A stretch of DNA of 64,000 nt from Candidatus Eiseniibacteriota bacterium (GCA_016928935.1 JAFGJU010000007.1:7172-71171), one strand, 5' to 3'; positions 1 through 10,082 are shown, counted from the first letter of the stretch. Made by a program: numbers and translations. The notes: generated by a model from the letters alone, not told the origin.

Positions 1-2
1 AG

Positions 3-1316
3 AAGTACCTGGAATACGAGCTCGCCTGGGGAGAGATGGCCAGGCTTCTGGACGAGCAGCGTGAGTACATGATCAAGGAGGAGCTCTGGGGCCTTTACAT
101 GAACAACGGGTCGCGCTTTCTCAACGCCTTCACTTCCAACGACGCGACCGTGTACCTCTGTTACCTACCGTCCAACCGTCTGGAGCTGTTCATGCTGTTG
201 GAATCGGACCGCATGGAGTCCCCGGTCTTCAGGGAATTCTGGTCCGAGCGCGACGTGGTCATGGAGGAGCGTCGTCTCAGCGAGAACGACCCGGACGACA
301 TGCTGGATGAGGCGTTCAACGCAGTCGCTTTCAGTGCAAGCCCTTACAGGTGGCCCGTGCTGGGATGGATGAGCGACATCCGGACCATCGACAGGAAGGA
401 ACTCGAGGACTACCACCGCATCTACTACGCTCCCAACAACGCGGTCTGCATGGTGGTGGGCGACGTCAGGCTGGAGGAAGTCCAGAAGTTGGCCCGGAGG
501 TACTTCGAGGCAATCCCCCCCCAGCCCGCCCCCCCGGCAGTGGAGACGAGCGAGCCGGAGCAGCAGGGCGAGCGCCGCATAGTGCTGGAGCACGCGGCCA
601 ACCCACGGTTGATGATGGGGTTCCACAGGCCGAGCCACCGGCACCCCGACGCGGTCACGATCGGAGTGCTGGAGAGCATCCTGGCCGGCGGGCGCACGTC
701 TCGTTTGTATAAAACCATCTACGAGGAGAAGCAGCTGACCGCGTCTCCTCCCCAAATGTACAGCGGGCCGGGCGACAGGTACGACAACCTGATGGTCATA
801 GTGGCCGAGCCCAGGCACCCGCATACTCTGGAGGAGGTCGAGGGGGCGATCCTGGAAGAGCTGGGCAAGCTCAAGACGGCTCCCGTCACGGAGCGCGAGC
901 TCCAGCGCGTCAAGAACCAGATAGACGCAAACATGGTCCGCTCGCTGGGCTCCAACATCGGCATCGCATTCCAGGTCGGATTCAGTCAGCTCTTCTACGG
1001 CGACTACCGCCTGATGTTCACGAACATAGAGCGCACAAAGAAGGTCACTGCGGAGGACCTCCAGCGAGTGGCCAAGCAGTACTTCACCGCGAAGAACCGC
1101 ACCGTCGCCCACCGCGTGCAGATAGAACAGGAAGACAACCCCGGCGGCGAAGAGCGGATTGACATGCAGGCGCTGATGCAGTTCGTCCAGACGCTGCCCC
1201 AGGAAGAAAAGATGGCCATCTTCCAGAAGTTTCAGAGCCTGAAGACGGATCAAGAGCGTGAGGCCTTCGGCATGGAGCTGTACCAGCGCATGAAGGCGGC
1301 GCAGGGAAAGAAGTAG
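3..1316 (+). CDS. M16 (pitrilysin) family zinc peptidase, C-terminal portion; the 5' end lies upstream of the window
   Basis: The frame is open from position 3 (KYLEYELAWGEMA...) with no stop before 1316. The translation shows the M16 two-domain fold, including the RIYYAPNNAVCMVVGDV and VEGAILEELGKLK regions. The track ATG at 36 is internal. Confidence 0.6.
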   Translation, partial: KYLEYELAWGEMARLLDEQREYMIKEELWGLYMNNGSRFLNAFTSNDATVYLCYLPSNRLELFMLLESDRMESPVFREFWSERDVVMEERRLSENDPDDMLDEAFNAVAFSASPYRWPVLGWMSDIRTIDRKELEDYHRIYYAPNNAVCMVVGDVRLEEVQKLARRYFEAIPPQPAPPAVETSEPEQQGERRIVLEHAANPRLMMGFHRPSHRHPDAVTIGVLESILAGGRTSRLYKTIYEEKQLTASPPQMYSGPGDRYDNLMVIVAEPRHPHTLEEVEGAILEELGKLKTAPVTERELQRVKNQIDANMVRSLGSNIGIAFQVGFSQLFYGDYRLMFTNIERTKKVTAEDLQRVAKQYFTAKNRTVAHRVQIEQEDNPGGEERIDMQALMQFVQTLPQEEKMAIFQKFQSLKTDQEREAFGMELYQRMKAAQGKK

Positions 1317-1363
1317 ATTACTGCGACCTGCTCGAACGACGGCACACACACAGGAGAGAGACT

Positions 1364-2797
1364 ATGCGCACTAATAGAATGACGGCCATACTCGCGGTTG
1401 CGCTGGGCGTCGGCCTGGTCTGGCTGGCGTCCGCGTCGCCCACCCTGGCGGCCAAGCGCCCCCACCCCACCAAGCTCTCGTACCCATCCCTCGGCCTGAC
1501 CACGCCGCAGGCCACCGACATCGCGCTGTCCAACGGGCTGGCGGGCTTCCTGATCGAGGACCACGAGATTCCGGTGGTCGACGTCGTGGTGCTGGTGAAA
1601 ACGTATTTCCCCGAGAGGGAGAGGTACGGTCTCAACGCCATGGCGCAGTGGGTCATTCGGAACGGCGGCACGGCCACGTGGCCCGGGGACAAGCTGAACG
1701 ACGAACTGGAGTTCCTGGCCGCAAACGTCGAGGTCTACGGCGGCGACCTGAGCACTATTTTCGCGTTCAACTGCATGAAGAAAGACCTTCCGCGGGTTCT
1801 GGACATCTTCGCGGACCTCATAATGAACCCTGCGTTCCCCGAGGACAAGGTAGAGATGAGGCGAAACACAATGCTGGAGGAGATACGGCGCAGGAACGAC
1901 GACCCAGGCACGGTCTCGAGGCGCGAGTTCTCCCAGCTCATATACGGGGACCATCCCTACGGGTGGGAGACTACGCCCGAGAGCGTCAAGGGCCTCACTC
2001 GGGACGACCTGGTCGGTTTCTACAACGCCTACTTCCACCCCAACAACGCCGTCATAGGAATAAGCGGGGACGTGACCAGGGACGAGATCGTCGCCGCACT
2101 CGAAAAGGCGCTCGCGGCCTGGCGGCCGGCAGACGTGACCGTCCCCACGGTCCCGGAGCTTGCGGCCCCGGCCGCTCCGACGTGCAACTACGCCTACATG
2201 GACATCAGCCAGGCCTACATCTCGATGGGGCACGAGGGCATCAACCTGAATGACCCCGATCGTTGCGCTGTCAACATCATGAACTTCATCCTCGGGGGCG
2301 GCAGCTTCACGTCTTGGATAACTGAGGAAGTGAGGAGCGACGAGGGCCTCGCCTACAGCGCCAACTCGAGGTACACGGCGGACCCGTGGGCCAAGGGTCT
2401 GTTCACCGCCTCCGCCCAAACCAAGGCGGACGCCTGCGGCCGCGCCATCACCATCCTTCAGGAGCAGCTCAAGCGCATGTGCGGTCCCGGTCCGACCGAG
2501 AAGGAAGTCGAGAGGGCCGTCGACACGTACGTGAACAGCCAGGTGTTCGACTACGAGTCCAAGGCTCAGGTGGTTCGCCGCCTGGTGGAACTGCGCTACC
2601 AGGGCCGTCCGCTCGACTCACCGGAGCGCGACATCGAGACCTACCGCAAGCTCACGGTGGCGGACATAAAGAGCGCGGCCCGGAAGTATCTTCGTCCTGA
2701 CAACCTGACTCTCTTGGTCGTGGGCAACAAGGAGTTGTTCGACCGTCCTCTGAGCGAGTTCGGGCCTGTGAACGAAATACGACTGGACAAGGAGTAG
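1364..2797 (+). CDS. M16 family peptidase-like protein, probably the non-catalytic partner subunit (secreted)
   Basis: SD AGGAGAGAG precedes the ATG. The N-terminus has a signal peptide (MTAILAVALGVGLVWLASASPTLA). The M16 fold is recognisable (FYNAYFHPNNAVIGISGDV), but no HxxEH zinc motif is visible. It sits adjacent to the first M16 gene, the usual pairing. Confidence 0.6.
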   Translation: MRTNRMTAILAVALGVGLVWLASASPTLAAKRPHPTKLSYPSLGLTTPQATDIALSNGLAGFLIEDHEIPVVDVVVLVKTYFPERERYGLNAMAQWVIRNGGTATWPGDKLNDELEFLAANVEVYGGDLSTIFAFNCMKKDLPRVLDIFADLIMNPAFPEDKVEMRRNTMLEEIRRRNDDPGTVSRREFSQLIYGDHPYGWETTPESVKGLTRDDLVGFYNAYFHPNNAVIGISGDVTRDEIVAALEKALAAWRPADVTVPTVPELAAPAAPTCNYAYMDISQAYISMGHEGINLNDPDRCAVNIMNFILGGGSFTSWITEEVRSDEGLAYSANSRYTADPWAKGLFTASAQTKADACGRAITILQEQLKRMCGPGPTEKEVERAVDTYVNSQVFDYESKAQVVRRLVELRYQGRPLDSPERDIETYRKLTVADIKSAARKYLRPDNLTLLVVGNKELFDRPLSEFGPVNEIRLDKE

Positions 2798-3092
2798 CCG
2801 GCGGCGGGACCGACGTAACAAGCTGCAGGGAGAGGCGTACTGGGGGCACCGCATGCACGCCCAATGTGTGGCGCTGCGGTTGACGCCCGGGCGGGACCGT
2901 GCTATCATGGGTACGGTGATGGTGTGGTGATTTGAGGTCCCGAGGGTGCCCTGCCCCCGACGCCACTACGACGCCTTCGACCGACTCCTGCCGAGGTTCA
3001 GGTTCAGATCGATTGCACAACGCCCGACGTTGCAGCCCGTTGGCTGCCCCGGGCGGCCGTCCGTGGACCAGAGCGAGCAGCACAAATGGAGG

Positions 3093-3122
3093 TTGACACT
3101 CGCCTTCTGGTGCGGCTATACT
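3093..3122 (+). promoter_or_regulatory. sigma70-like promoter candidate (TTGACA-18-TATACT) upstream of the exbB operon
   Basis: TTGACA at 3093-3098, an 18-nt spacer, TATACT at 3117-3122. It lies in a 735-bp non-coding stretch upstream of exbB. Confidence 0.3.
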
Positions 3123-3533
3123 GCCTGGACGGCTGAAATAGTCAGTGTCGCGACGACCTTTTGAGCCAAGGCGGACTTGACACTCCGGCGACTGTCGCCG
3201 ATTCATAGTGATCATAATCGATTAGGACTCGCGGCCCGTGGCGGCCGACCGATGCGGTAAGCCCGCGGCCGGTCCGGCCGCATTTCCGGGGTTGGAACTG
3301 CACCGGAGCGGACGGGTTAATGAGGACGAAAGGAGGGATCGGACCCAGGTCATCCGGACGGGCGCATCCAAGAAGGAGCGCCAAGCTGGTCCCGTGCAGG
3401 GCCCGGCTCGACCACAGACCTGGGAGGGATAACAAGAAGCTCTGAAGGCTCCGGCGGCTTCTGCGTCGGAAAGCGCATAGTGTAAGGTGTTCGCAATGGG
3501 TCGTCAGACCACTTGAACAGAGGATTAGGTGCA

Positions 3534-4262
3534 ATGAAACAATCCATCTTCATGTTCGTCGTGCTGGTAGTGGCTTTCGTAGTGGCGCTGGGCATCTTCC
3601 TGTACTTGCTCCCGGACTACCTCCGGGCCGGCGGTCCGCTCGTCGTCATCCTCATCATGCTCTCCATCATGGTCATCACGTTCATCTTCGAACGCAGTTT
3701 TGCCCTGCGGGCCTCACAGGGGAAGGGTTCGGTTCTGGCCTTCCTCAAATCGGTCAAGCAGGACGTGATAAAGAACAACATTGACGGCGCCATAGCCGCT
3801 TGCGACAAGCAGGGCGGCACCGCCGCGTCGGTGCTTCAGGCGGGACTGGAGAGGTACAAGGAACTGAAGGACCAGAAGGCCAAGCTCGGGCACAAGGAGA
3901 CCATGGAGGAGGTCCAGACCTCCATCAACGACGCCATGATGCTCGAGACTCCGCTCCTCGAGAAGAATCTGGTAGTGCTTTCGACGATCGCGACCGTTTC
4001 GGTTCTCACCGGCCTTCTGGGCACGGTTATCGGGATGATCAGGGCGTTCAACGCCCTCGCGCATGCGGGCGCCCCCGACGCCATTCAGCTCTCGCAGGGT
4101 ATTTCCGAGGCTCTCGTCAACACCGCCGGCGGCCTCTTGGCTGCCATCCTGGCCATCGTCTCGTACAACTACTTCTTCACGAAGATCGACAGCTTCACGT
4201 ACATGATTGACGAGGCCAGTTTTTCGATGATCAAGACCCTGTCGCTTCAGAAGGAAGAGTAG
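3534..4262 (+). CDS. exbB: MotA/TolQ/ExbB proton-channel protein
   Basis: Three TM helices and the family signature LSTIATVSVLTGLLGTVIGMIRAFNALA. SD GAGGA sits 11 nt upstream of the ATG at 3534; the track start at 3513 is an in-frame TTG. Confidence 0.85.
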   Translation: MKQSIFMFVVLVVAFVVALGIFLYLLPDYLRAGGPLVVILIMLSIMVITFIFERSFALRASQGKGSVLAFLKSVKQDVIKNNIDGAIAACDKQGGTAASVLQAGLERYKELKDQKAKLGHKETMEEVQTSINDAMMLETPLLEKNLVVLSTIATVSVLTGLLGTVIGMIRAFNALAHAGAPDAIQLSQGISEALVNTAGGLLAAILAIVSYNYFFTKIDSFTYMIDEASFSMIKTLSLQKEE

Positions 4263-4293
4263 TCGGTCGAAGCAGAAGAAAGAGGCATGAGCA

Positions 4294-4755
4294 ATGGCGA
4301 AAGGAAATAGAGCCAACATCTTTATCGACATGACGCCGATGGTGGACGTCTGTATGTTGCTCTTGACGTTCTTCATGCTCACCACGCAGTTCAGGCCGCC
4401 GGCAGAGGCGGAAGTAATCTTGCCGGCATCTCACGCGGCCTTCAAGTTGCCAGAGTCCAACGTGATGACAGTGTGGGTCACCAGGGACGAGAACATCTTC
4501 CTGGGCGTAGATTCCCAGCAGCTCAGGGTGAAGATCTTCGGCGAGGAGAACAGGCTGCGCACGAGCGTTCTGGTACAGGACAAGCAGACCCTGGCGGACC
4601 TGATGGTCCGCGCCAGGATTGCCAATCCCAAGTTGAGGACGGTAGTCCGCGGCGACAAGGACACGCCCTACGGTGTGGTTGAGGACGTCATGAACGTGCT
4701 CCAGCAGGTCAAGATCACCAGGTTCAGTCTGGTGACCGAGCTGGAGACACAATAG
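4294..4755 (+). CDS. exbD: ExbD/TolR biopolymer transport protein
   Basis: The N-terminus carries the MTPMVDVCMLLLTFFMLTT single-TM ExbD signature. SD AAGAGG. Confidence 0.8.
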   Translation: MAKGNRANIFIDMTPMVDVCMLLLTFFMLTTQFRPPAEAEVILPASHAAFKLPESNVMTVWVTRDENIFLGVDSQQLRVKIFGEENRLRTSVLVQDKQTLADLMVRARIANPKLRTVVRGDKDTPYGVVEDVMNVLQQVKITRFSLVTELETQ

Positions 4756-4770
4756 ACTGGAGAGGGAAAC

Positions 4771-5274
4771 ATGGCTGGCGCTGATGTTGCACAACCGAAG
4801 AAAGAACGCAAGAGCGGCACCAAGAAAGCCAAGAAGCTGCGTCGTGTCGGTGTGCGAGTTGACTTGACCCCGATGGTGGACGTGATAATGCTGCTCATCA
4901 CCTTCTTCATGCTCACCACGGTGTTCACCACGCCTCAGACGATGGAGATAAACCTTCCGCCGGATGAGACGCCCGTGGAGGTCGGCGAGTCCTCTCTGCT
5001 CACATTGCGGGTGATGGCTGACGGGACGATATACTGGAACATGGGCATTGAAAGGCCGCAAGCGATACGGTTCGCTGAGCTGCGTCCCCTGTTGATGGAA
5101 CGCGTCGCTTCCAACCCGAAGCTGATTACACTCGTGAAGGTGCAGAGAGACGGCACGTACAATCAAATGGTCGACGTCATGGACGAGCTGGGCCTGGCAA
5201 AGATCACCAGGTTCAGCATGGCGGCTTTCAAGGACGTCGACCTCAGGTTCATACAGAAGGGCCTGGGTTCCTAA
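4771..5274 (+). CDS. exbD: ExbD/TolR biopolymer transport protein, second paralog
   Basis: LTPMVDVIMLLITFFMLTT signature and SD GGAGAGGGA. A lysine-rich N-terminal tail precedes the TM helix. Confidence 0.8.
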   Translation: MAGADVAQPKKERKSGTKKAKKLRRVGVRVDLTPMVDVIMLLITFFMLTTVFTTPQTMEINLPPDETPVEVGESSLLTLRVMADGTIYWNMGIERPQAIRFAELRPLLMERVASNPKLITLVKVQRDGTYNQMVDVMDELGLAKITRFSMAAFKDVDLRFIQKGLGS

Positions 5275-5293
5275 CAATAGAGGTGAGCAGAAC

Positions 5294-6028
5294 ATGGTTG
5301 AAGTAGTCATACCACGTTACGTAGTCCACCTCGAAGAGCACGTGCTCAAGAGGAAGGCCGCGAGATTCCTGACCGTAGCTCTGATCATAGCGGCGGCAAT
5401 CCACCTGGGCGTCATGGGAGCCTACTGGGCCGGCGTCGCATTTTCCAAGGAGGAGCCGCCCACACGGGTCGTTAAGATCATGACGTACAGCGAGCTGGGC
5501 CCTCCGCCTTCGATCGACGCGACCAGCGCCGTGGCCCCTTCAGTCTCCGTGGCTCAGCAGGCCGCGAAGCCGACCGTCGGCATACCGGTCCCGGTGCCCG
5601 ACGCAGAGGTGAGCCCGGAGCAGACGTTCGCCACCCAGCAGGAGCTGAGCAACATAGCGAGCCCCATCGGAGAAGGGACCGGGATCTCGGTGCGCGAGGA
5701 GGAGATTCAGATCACTGACGACGACGCACCTCCGCCGGCCTTCGTGCCTTTTGAGAAGGAGCCGGTGTTGATAAAGAAGGTGGACCCGGCCTATCCGAAA
5801 CTGGCAAGGGAGGCCGAACTCGAGGGGACCGTACACGTCAACATATGGGTGGACAAGCAGGGCAAAGTGCGAGACGTGAAGGTGCTCAAGGCGACTTCGG
5901 AGATTTTCGTGCAGCCCGTTATCGACGCCGTCAAACAGTGGCAGTTCTCCCCTGCCATGATGAAGAACGGCCCGGTGGCGGTCTGGGTCGCCGTGCCGTT
6001 CCGGTTCTCTCTCGAGGACGTGAGATAG
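5294..6028 (+). CDS. tonB: TonB energy transducer (TonB C-terminal domain)
   Basis: N-terminal TM helix, a Pro-rich linker (PPPAFVPFEKEP), then a TonB-C domain (AYPKLAREAELEGTVHVNIWVDKQGKVRDVKVLKAT...). It follows exbB-exbD-exbD. Confidence 0.75.
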   Translation: MVEVVIPRYVVHLEEHVLKRKAARFLTVALIIAAAIHLGVMGAYWAGVAFSKEEPPTRVVKIMTYSELGPPPSIDATSAVAPSVSVAQQAAKPTVGIPVPVPDAEVSPEQTFATQQELSNIASPIGEGTGISVREEEIQITDDDAPPPAFVPFEKEPVLIKKVDPAYPKLAREAELEGTVHVNIWVDKQGKVRDVKVLKATSEIFVQPVIDAVKQWQFSPAMMKNGPVAVWVAVPFRFSLEDVR

Positions 6029-6034
6029 GTACGC

Positions 6035-6265
6035 ATGAGCGGCCATCTGAGCATCTCTAATGTCATGGCCTATTTGGTCGCTCTCGTGACGGGTGGCCTG
6101 GGCGTAGCCATAGCCGCTGATCTCTTGCAGTTGAACCTTCAGCCGACCGCACGCTACGTCTTCGGTGCGGTCTTGATTTTGATGGGTGTGTACCGTTTTC
6201 TGGTCACCTTCTTGAAGGCCAACGCCGCCAGGGAGCGAAAGAGGATCTTCGATGACGAGGAGTAG
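6035..6265 (+). CDS. small two-TM membrane protein (hypothetical)
   Basis: A 76-aa ORF with two hydrophobic helices, lying between tonB and the PstS-like gene. It overlaps the next gene by 14 nt and has a weak SD. Confidence 0.3.
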   Translation: MSGHLSISNVMAYLVALVTGGLGVAIAADLLQLNLQPTARYVFGAVLILMGVYRFLVTFLKANAARERKRIFDDEE

Positions 6266-7223
6266 ACCGGCTCGCCGGCCCCCATTCTCGCTGCGGAGAC
6301 GTCTGACCGCAGCCGTGTTGTGCTGCCTCCTTGCCGCCGTCGCATCCTGCGACCAGTTTGCGGACAAGGAGACTGCCACGAGCGGCACCATCTACGTTTG
6401 CGCCTCAGAGTCGCATTTCGAGCTCATCCAAGAGGAGGCCGACCAGTTCGTCAGTCTGTACAAGAAAGCCAGTGTCACGGTCCTCGGGGCCTCCACGAGG
6501 GAGGCCATAGTACACCTGCTCAAAGACAGTGTGTCGGTCGCCGTGGTGGACCGGGTGCTCAACCCGGAAGAGGAGCGGGTTCTGGAGGAGGCCGATTTCA
6601 AGCTGGACAGAGTCGAGGTGGCTCTGGACGCAGTCGCCATCGTGGTAAACCGCCTCAACGAAACGAAGGGCATCACCCGGGAGATGCTCAAGGACATCCT
6701 TGTCGGAAACCTGGCCGACTGGGGCCATGTCCCTGGCTCCGGGCTTACGGGACCGGTGGAATTGGTGATGACCGGGAGGAACTCGGGCACTTATGAGCTG
6801 GTAAAGGACCGTTTTTTCAACCTTTCGGAAGACATACAGGCGGCCGTGGTGCTCCCTTCCCAGAAAGAGGTCGTGGAGCACGTGGCCAAGCGCCCCCAGG
6901 CCGTGGGCATCGTCTCGCTGGCCGCCTTGAAGAGCCCGGCCCTCCAGCCCCTGACGGCGGATTCCACGAATGCGGTCGTCAGGGCGCTCCATTTTGCCGG
7001 CCGGGACTCGACTGGGAAGGCCACTTTCTTCAAGCTCCACCAGGCGCACATACATCTGGGGAAGTACCCTTTGACCTATCCGGTGTATGTATATTTTAGG
7101 AAGGACTCGGACCTGGCGCCGGGGTTCGTGGGTTTTCTTACCGGTGCCGCCGGACAGAAGATAATCTTGAACTGGGGCCTCGTCCCTGCCACTATGCCGG
7201 TCAGGATTGTCACGTTAACCTAG
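6252..7223 (+). CDS. PstS-family periplasmic binding-protein-like lipoprotein
   Basis: Signal peptide with a lipobox (LAAVASC). The GTIYVCASESHFELIQEEADQF...VVDRVL region looks like PBP_like_2 (PstS family). The same arrangement is typical downstream of exbBD-tonB in Bacteroidetes-like genomes. Confidence 0.6.
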   Translation: MTRSRPARRPPFSLRRRLTAAVLCCLLAAVASCDQFADKETATSGTIYVCASESHFELIQEEADQFVSLYKKASVTVLGASTREAIVHLLKDSVSVAVVDRVLNPEEERVLEEADFKLDRVEVALDAVAIVVNRLNETKGITREMLKDILVGNLADWGHVPGSGLTGPVELVMTGRNSGTYELVKDRFFNLSEDIQAAVVLPSQKEVVEHVAKRPQAVGIVSLAALKSPALQPLTADSTNAVVRALHFAGRDSTGKATFFKLHQAHIHLGKYPLTYPVYVYFRKDSDLAPGFVGFLTGAAGQKIILNWGLVPATMPVRIVTLT

Positions 7224-7301
7224 CTGGGTCCGCTCGATGCGGCGGCGCGTGGCCCCGCGGAAGACCGGACGTTTGCGCAAGGATCAGGAGAAGCTGCCGC
7301 C

Positions 7302-8969
7302 ATGAAGAAGACGCTCTGTTTGTTCGCGATTCTGGCTTTCATCGTGTTCGCCGCCGCTTCATCGGCAGCGGACCCTCTGACTGACGGCAGGCAATACCTG
7401 GAGGCCGGTAAGCCCAACGAGGCCATTTCAGTCCTGCTGCCCGCGTTCATGGCAGACCCGTTCAACGCGAAGGTTGTTTTGACTCTGGGAAGGGCCTACT
7501 TTGCCGCCGGAAAGCCTGACTCGGCCGAGATCATGGCCAAGTTTTACACCGGCATGGAGAAGAAGGACCCGGAGGGTTACATTCTGGCCGCCAGGGCCGC
7601 CCTCGAACGGAAAAGGTGCGACAACGCATACAGCATCCTCAAGAAGGGCCTTAAGGCCAACAAGAACAACGTCGTGCTACTCGTGGAGCTGGGTTACACG
7701 CACATGGCCTGTGATTCGGTAGACCAGGCCATAGTCAGTTTCACGCAGGCAAGTCAGATTTCACCCGGCTACGCTCCCGCGTACAAGGGCCTGGGCGACG
7801 CCTACATAAAACTCAATGCAGTGAGCGTGGCCATAATGCAGTTCGAGGAAGCCCTCAGGGCCGATTCCACTCTTGTCCCGCTCAGGTACGCGCTGGCAAA
7901 GCTCTACTTCAACGAGAGGCGGTTCAACGAGGCCGCCGACGCCTACAAGTACATCATCATCCAGAACCCCGAGGACGACGACGCGGCACGGGAGCTCGGC
8001 CTGATCTACTATTTGGCCGACCAGTTTGACAACGCCGCCAGTGTCCTGGCTCGCTACACCGAGCGCCATCCCGAGGACCTCGAGGCCTGGAAGATGTACA
8101 CTGAGTCTCTGGCCGAGAGCAAGAAATACGCCGAGGCGGTTGCGGCAGCTGACCACGTGCTGAAGACCGACCCCGTGTCGCCCGTGGCGCTCCGGGCCTC
8201 CGCCAAGAGCCAGTACATGCTCAAGGACTACGCCAAGTCCATTTCTCAGTACCTGGAACTGGAGCAGGTGGACACTCTGTCGGCCGACGACCAGAGGTAT
8301 CTGGGCAAGGCCTACTTCGAATCCGGCCCCAAGAACGATTCGCTTGCCATACTCTATATGTCACGGTCCGCCGTTCTGGACTCCGCCCAGGCGGACATAT
8401 ACCCTGAGCTGGGCGCGGCCCACATGAGAGCCAAAAATTTTGCCAAGGCGGCCGAGCAGTATAAGAAGAAGTTCACCATGGACCGCACCGCGGCCAGCGC
8501 CTACGTCAACTACGCCCTGTGCATGGAAGTACTCAAGAATTGGGAGGAGGCCAGGGGAGCACTGGCCATCGTGATGCGCGACAACCCCGACTACGCTCCA
8601 GGCCATTATCACCTGGGGTATGTCTACTCCCAAATGGACTCCATGCAGAACGCCAAGAAGTCCTACGAGACTTTCATCGCCCTGGCCGACACCCTTCAGT
8701 CGAAGTACTCGAACGAGCTCTACTACGCCTACAAGTTCATTTCCGTGGCCTATCTGGGAGAGAAAAAGTACCAGCAGGCCGAGGCCGCCCTGAACAAGGC
8801 GGTGACCCTCAGGCCGAACGACCCTGAGATGCATCTGTGGCTCGCGCAGACACTCCATGCGCTCAACAAGCGCGAGGAAGCCAGGAAGCAGTACCAGCTG
8901 GTGCTGAAATACGACCCGGGCAACAAGGATGCCAAGAAAGGGTTGGACATTCTCGAGCTGTACGAGTGA
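7302..8969 (+). CDS. tetratricopeptide (TPR) repeat protein, secreted
   Basis: Signal peptide followed by more than 10 TPR-like 34-aa repeats (AYxxLGxAY patterns). SD AGGAGAAG. Confidence 0.8.
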   Translation: MKKTLCLFAILAFIVFAAASSAADPLTDGRQYLEAGKPNEAISVLLPAFMADPFNAKVVLTLGRAYFAAGKPDSAEIMAKFYTGMEKKDPEGYILAARAALERKRCDNAYSILKKGLKANKNNVVLLVELGYTHMACDSVDQAIVSFTQASQISPGYAPAYKGLGDAYIKLNAVSVAIMQFEEALRADSTLVPLRYALAKLYFNERRFNEAADAYKYIIIQNPEDDDAARELGLIYYLADQFDNAASVLARYTERHPEDLEAWKMYTESLAESKKYAEAVAAADHVLKTDPVSPVALRASAKSQYMLKDYAKSISQYLELEQVDTLSADDQRYLGKAYFESGPKNDSLAILYMSRSAVLDSAQADIYPELGAAHMRAKNFAKAAEQYKKKFTMDRTAASAYVNYALCMEVLKNWEEARGALAIVMRDNPDYAPGHYHLGYVYSQMDSMQNAKKSYETFIALADTLQSKYSNELYYAYKFISVAYLGEKKYQQAEAALNKAVTLRPNDPEMHLWLAQTLHALNKREEARKQYQLVLKYDPGNKDAKKGLDILELYE

Positions 8970-9065
8970 CGGGCCCTGGCGCGACCGCACCGTCCGCCTT
9001 GCGTAAGGGCATCTTTCTGCACTGTTCCGGCGAGTCGCCGGGAGCTTTCCTGAAGGGGGCGAATC

Positions 9066-10082
9066 ATGAAACGTGGAGTCTCTTTTCTCCTGTCGGTCTT
9101 GGTCCTCGTGGCGTTGATCCTCCCGGGTTGCGGCCAGAAACGGGACTCGTTGCAGATCGCCGGATGGGAGCTGTATCAGGACACCTATTACGGGATCAGC
9201 TTCAAGTACCCCCAGGGCTGGCCGGTGACGCAGGAGGGCGGCAGATTCTCCGTCTATTCGTCCCAGGACGTCATCAATCGCTTCTACGACTTCACGGCTG
9301 AAGGCCCGGACGGTGTCCGAATCCTTGTCTCCACCCAGAAAATGGACACGCTGGAGACCCTCGAGGAGTACGTCGCCCAGCTATCCACCAACCTGCAGGG
9401 CTTCGGATTCGACATCACGACGACCGAACCTTCGACCTTGGTCGGCCTGCCCGGAGCCTTGGTCCACTACAAGGGCGCGGTGGATGCCAGGAACGTGATA
9501 GAGGCCGTTCAGCTGACCGCCATGCGCGATTCGAGCCTGTTCGCCGTTAAGATGGAGGCCTTCAACGAGCTCTTCGCCCCCGGCCGGGCCGTGTTCGACA
9601 CGGTAGTGGCCACACTCCACTTGCCGAAGCCCAGAAGCGAGATGACGCAGGAAGAGCTGGCGTCCCCCGCCACTGACTTCGTGAAGTTCGAGAACGACCG
9701 GCTCAGCGTCCAGCACCCGAGCAATTTCGAAGTGTCTATGCCCAAGCCCAAGGCGCCGTCCGAATTCGCCATGGACATCAAGGGTTACAGGCAGGACAGC
9801 TACGTTCACATAGACGTGATCCCTGCACAGGGCTTGGCGGCCGAGAAAGTCGTCGAGCAGAACGCCAAGTTCTTCAGGGAGACCTCACGCGGCACGGCGA
9901 CAGTGAGCGGCACCAGCACCACCTACATCAACTACTCGGCGACGAAGGACGTCCAGAGCCGCGTCTATTTCTTGGTAAAGAACGACAAGTTCTACCGGGT
10001 CATCTTCAACTACTACGCTCCCATGAGGGACGTGTACCTGTCGGCGTTTGAGAAGACGGTCGGCAGTCTCGCGGTGAAATAG
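9066..10082 (+). CDS. lipoprotein with two internally repeated PsbP/DUF1795-like domains (hypothetical)
   Basis: Lipobox LILPGC and SD AAGGGGG. There is an internal duplication (ISFKYPQGW.. / SVQHPSNFEV..; ..FNELFAPGRAVFDTVVATL / ..FNYYAPMRDVYLSAFEKTVGSL). Confidence 0.5.
   Translation: MKRGVSFLLSVLVLVALILPGCGQKRDSLQIAGWELYQDTYYGISFKYPQGWPVTQEGGRFSVYSSQDVINRFYDFTAEGPDGVRILVSTQKMDTLETLEEYVAQLSTNLQGFGFDITTTEPSTLVGLPGALVHYKGAVDARNVIEAVQLTAMRDSSLFAVKMEAFNELFAPGRAVFDTVVATLHLPKPRSEMTQEELASPATDFVKFENDRLSVQHPSNFEVSMPKPKAPSEFAMDIKGYRQDSYVHIDVIPAQGLAAEKVVEQNAKFFRETSRGTATVSGTSTTYINYSATKDVQSRVYFLVKNDKFYRVIFNYYAPMRDVYLSAFEKTVGSLAVK

Noticed and set aside
165-2419. Long minus-strand ORFs (165-1349, 1250-2419) overlapping the M16 peptidase genes
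   Set aside because: They lie antisense to genes with clear family motifs. They are Arg/Gly/Pro-rich with no recognisable domains, which is a typical high-GC antisense artefact.
2798-3533. Possible cobalamin riboswitch in the long exbB leader
   Set aside because: No B12-box (GCCACTG) or other recognisable riboswitch core was found by eye. Retained only as a structured-leader finding.
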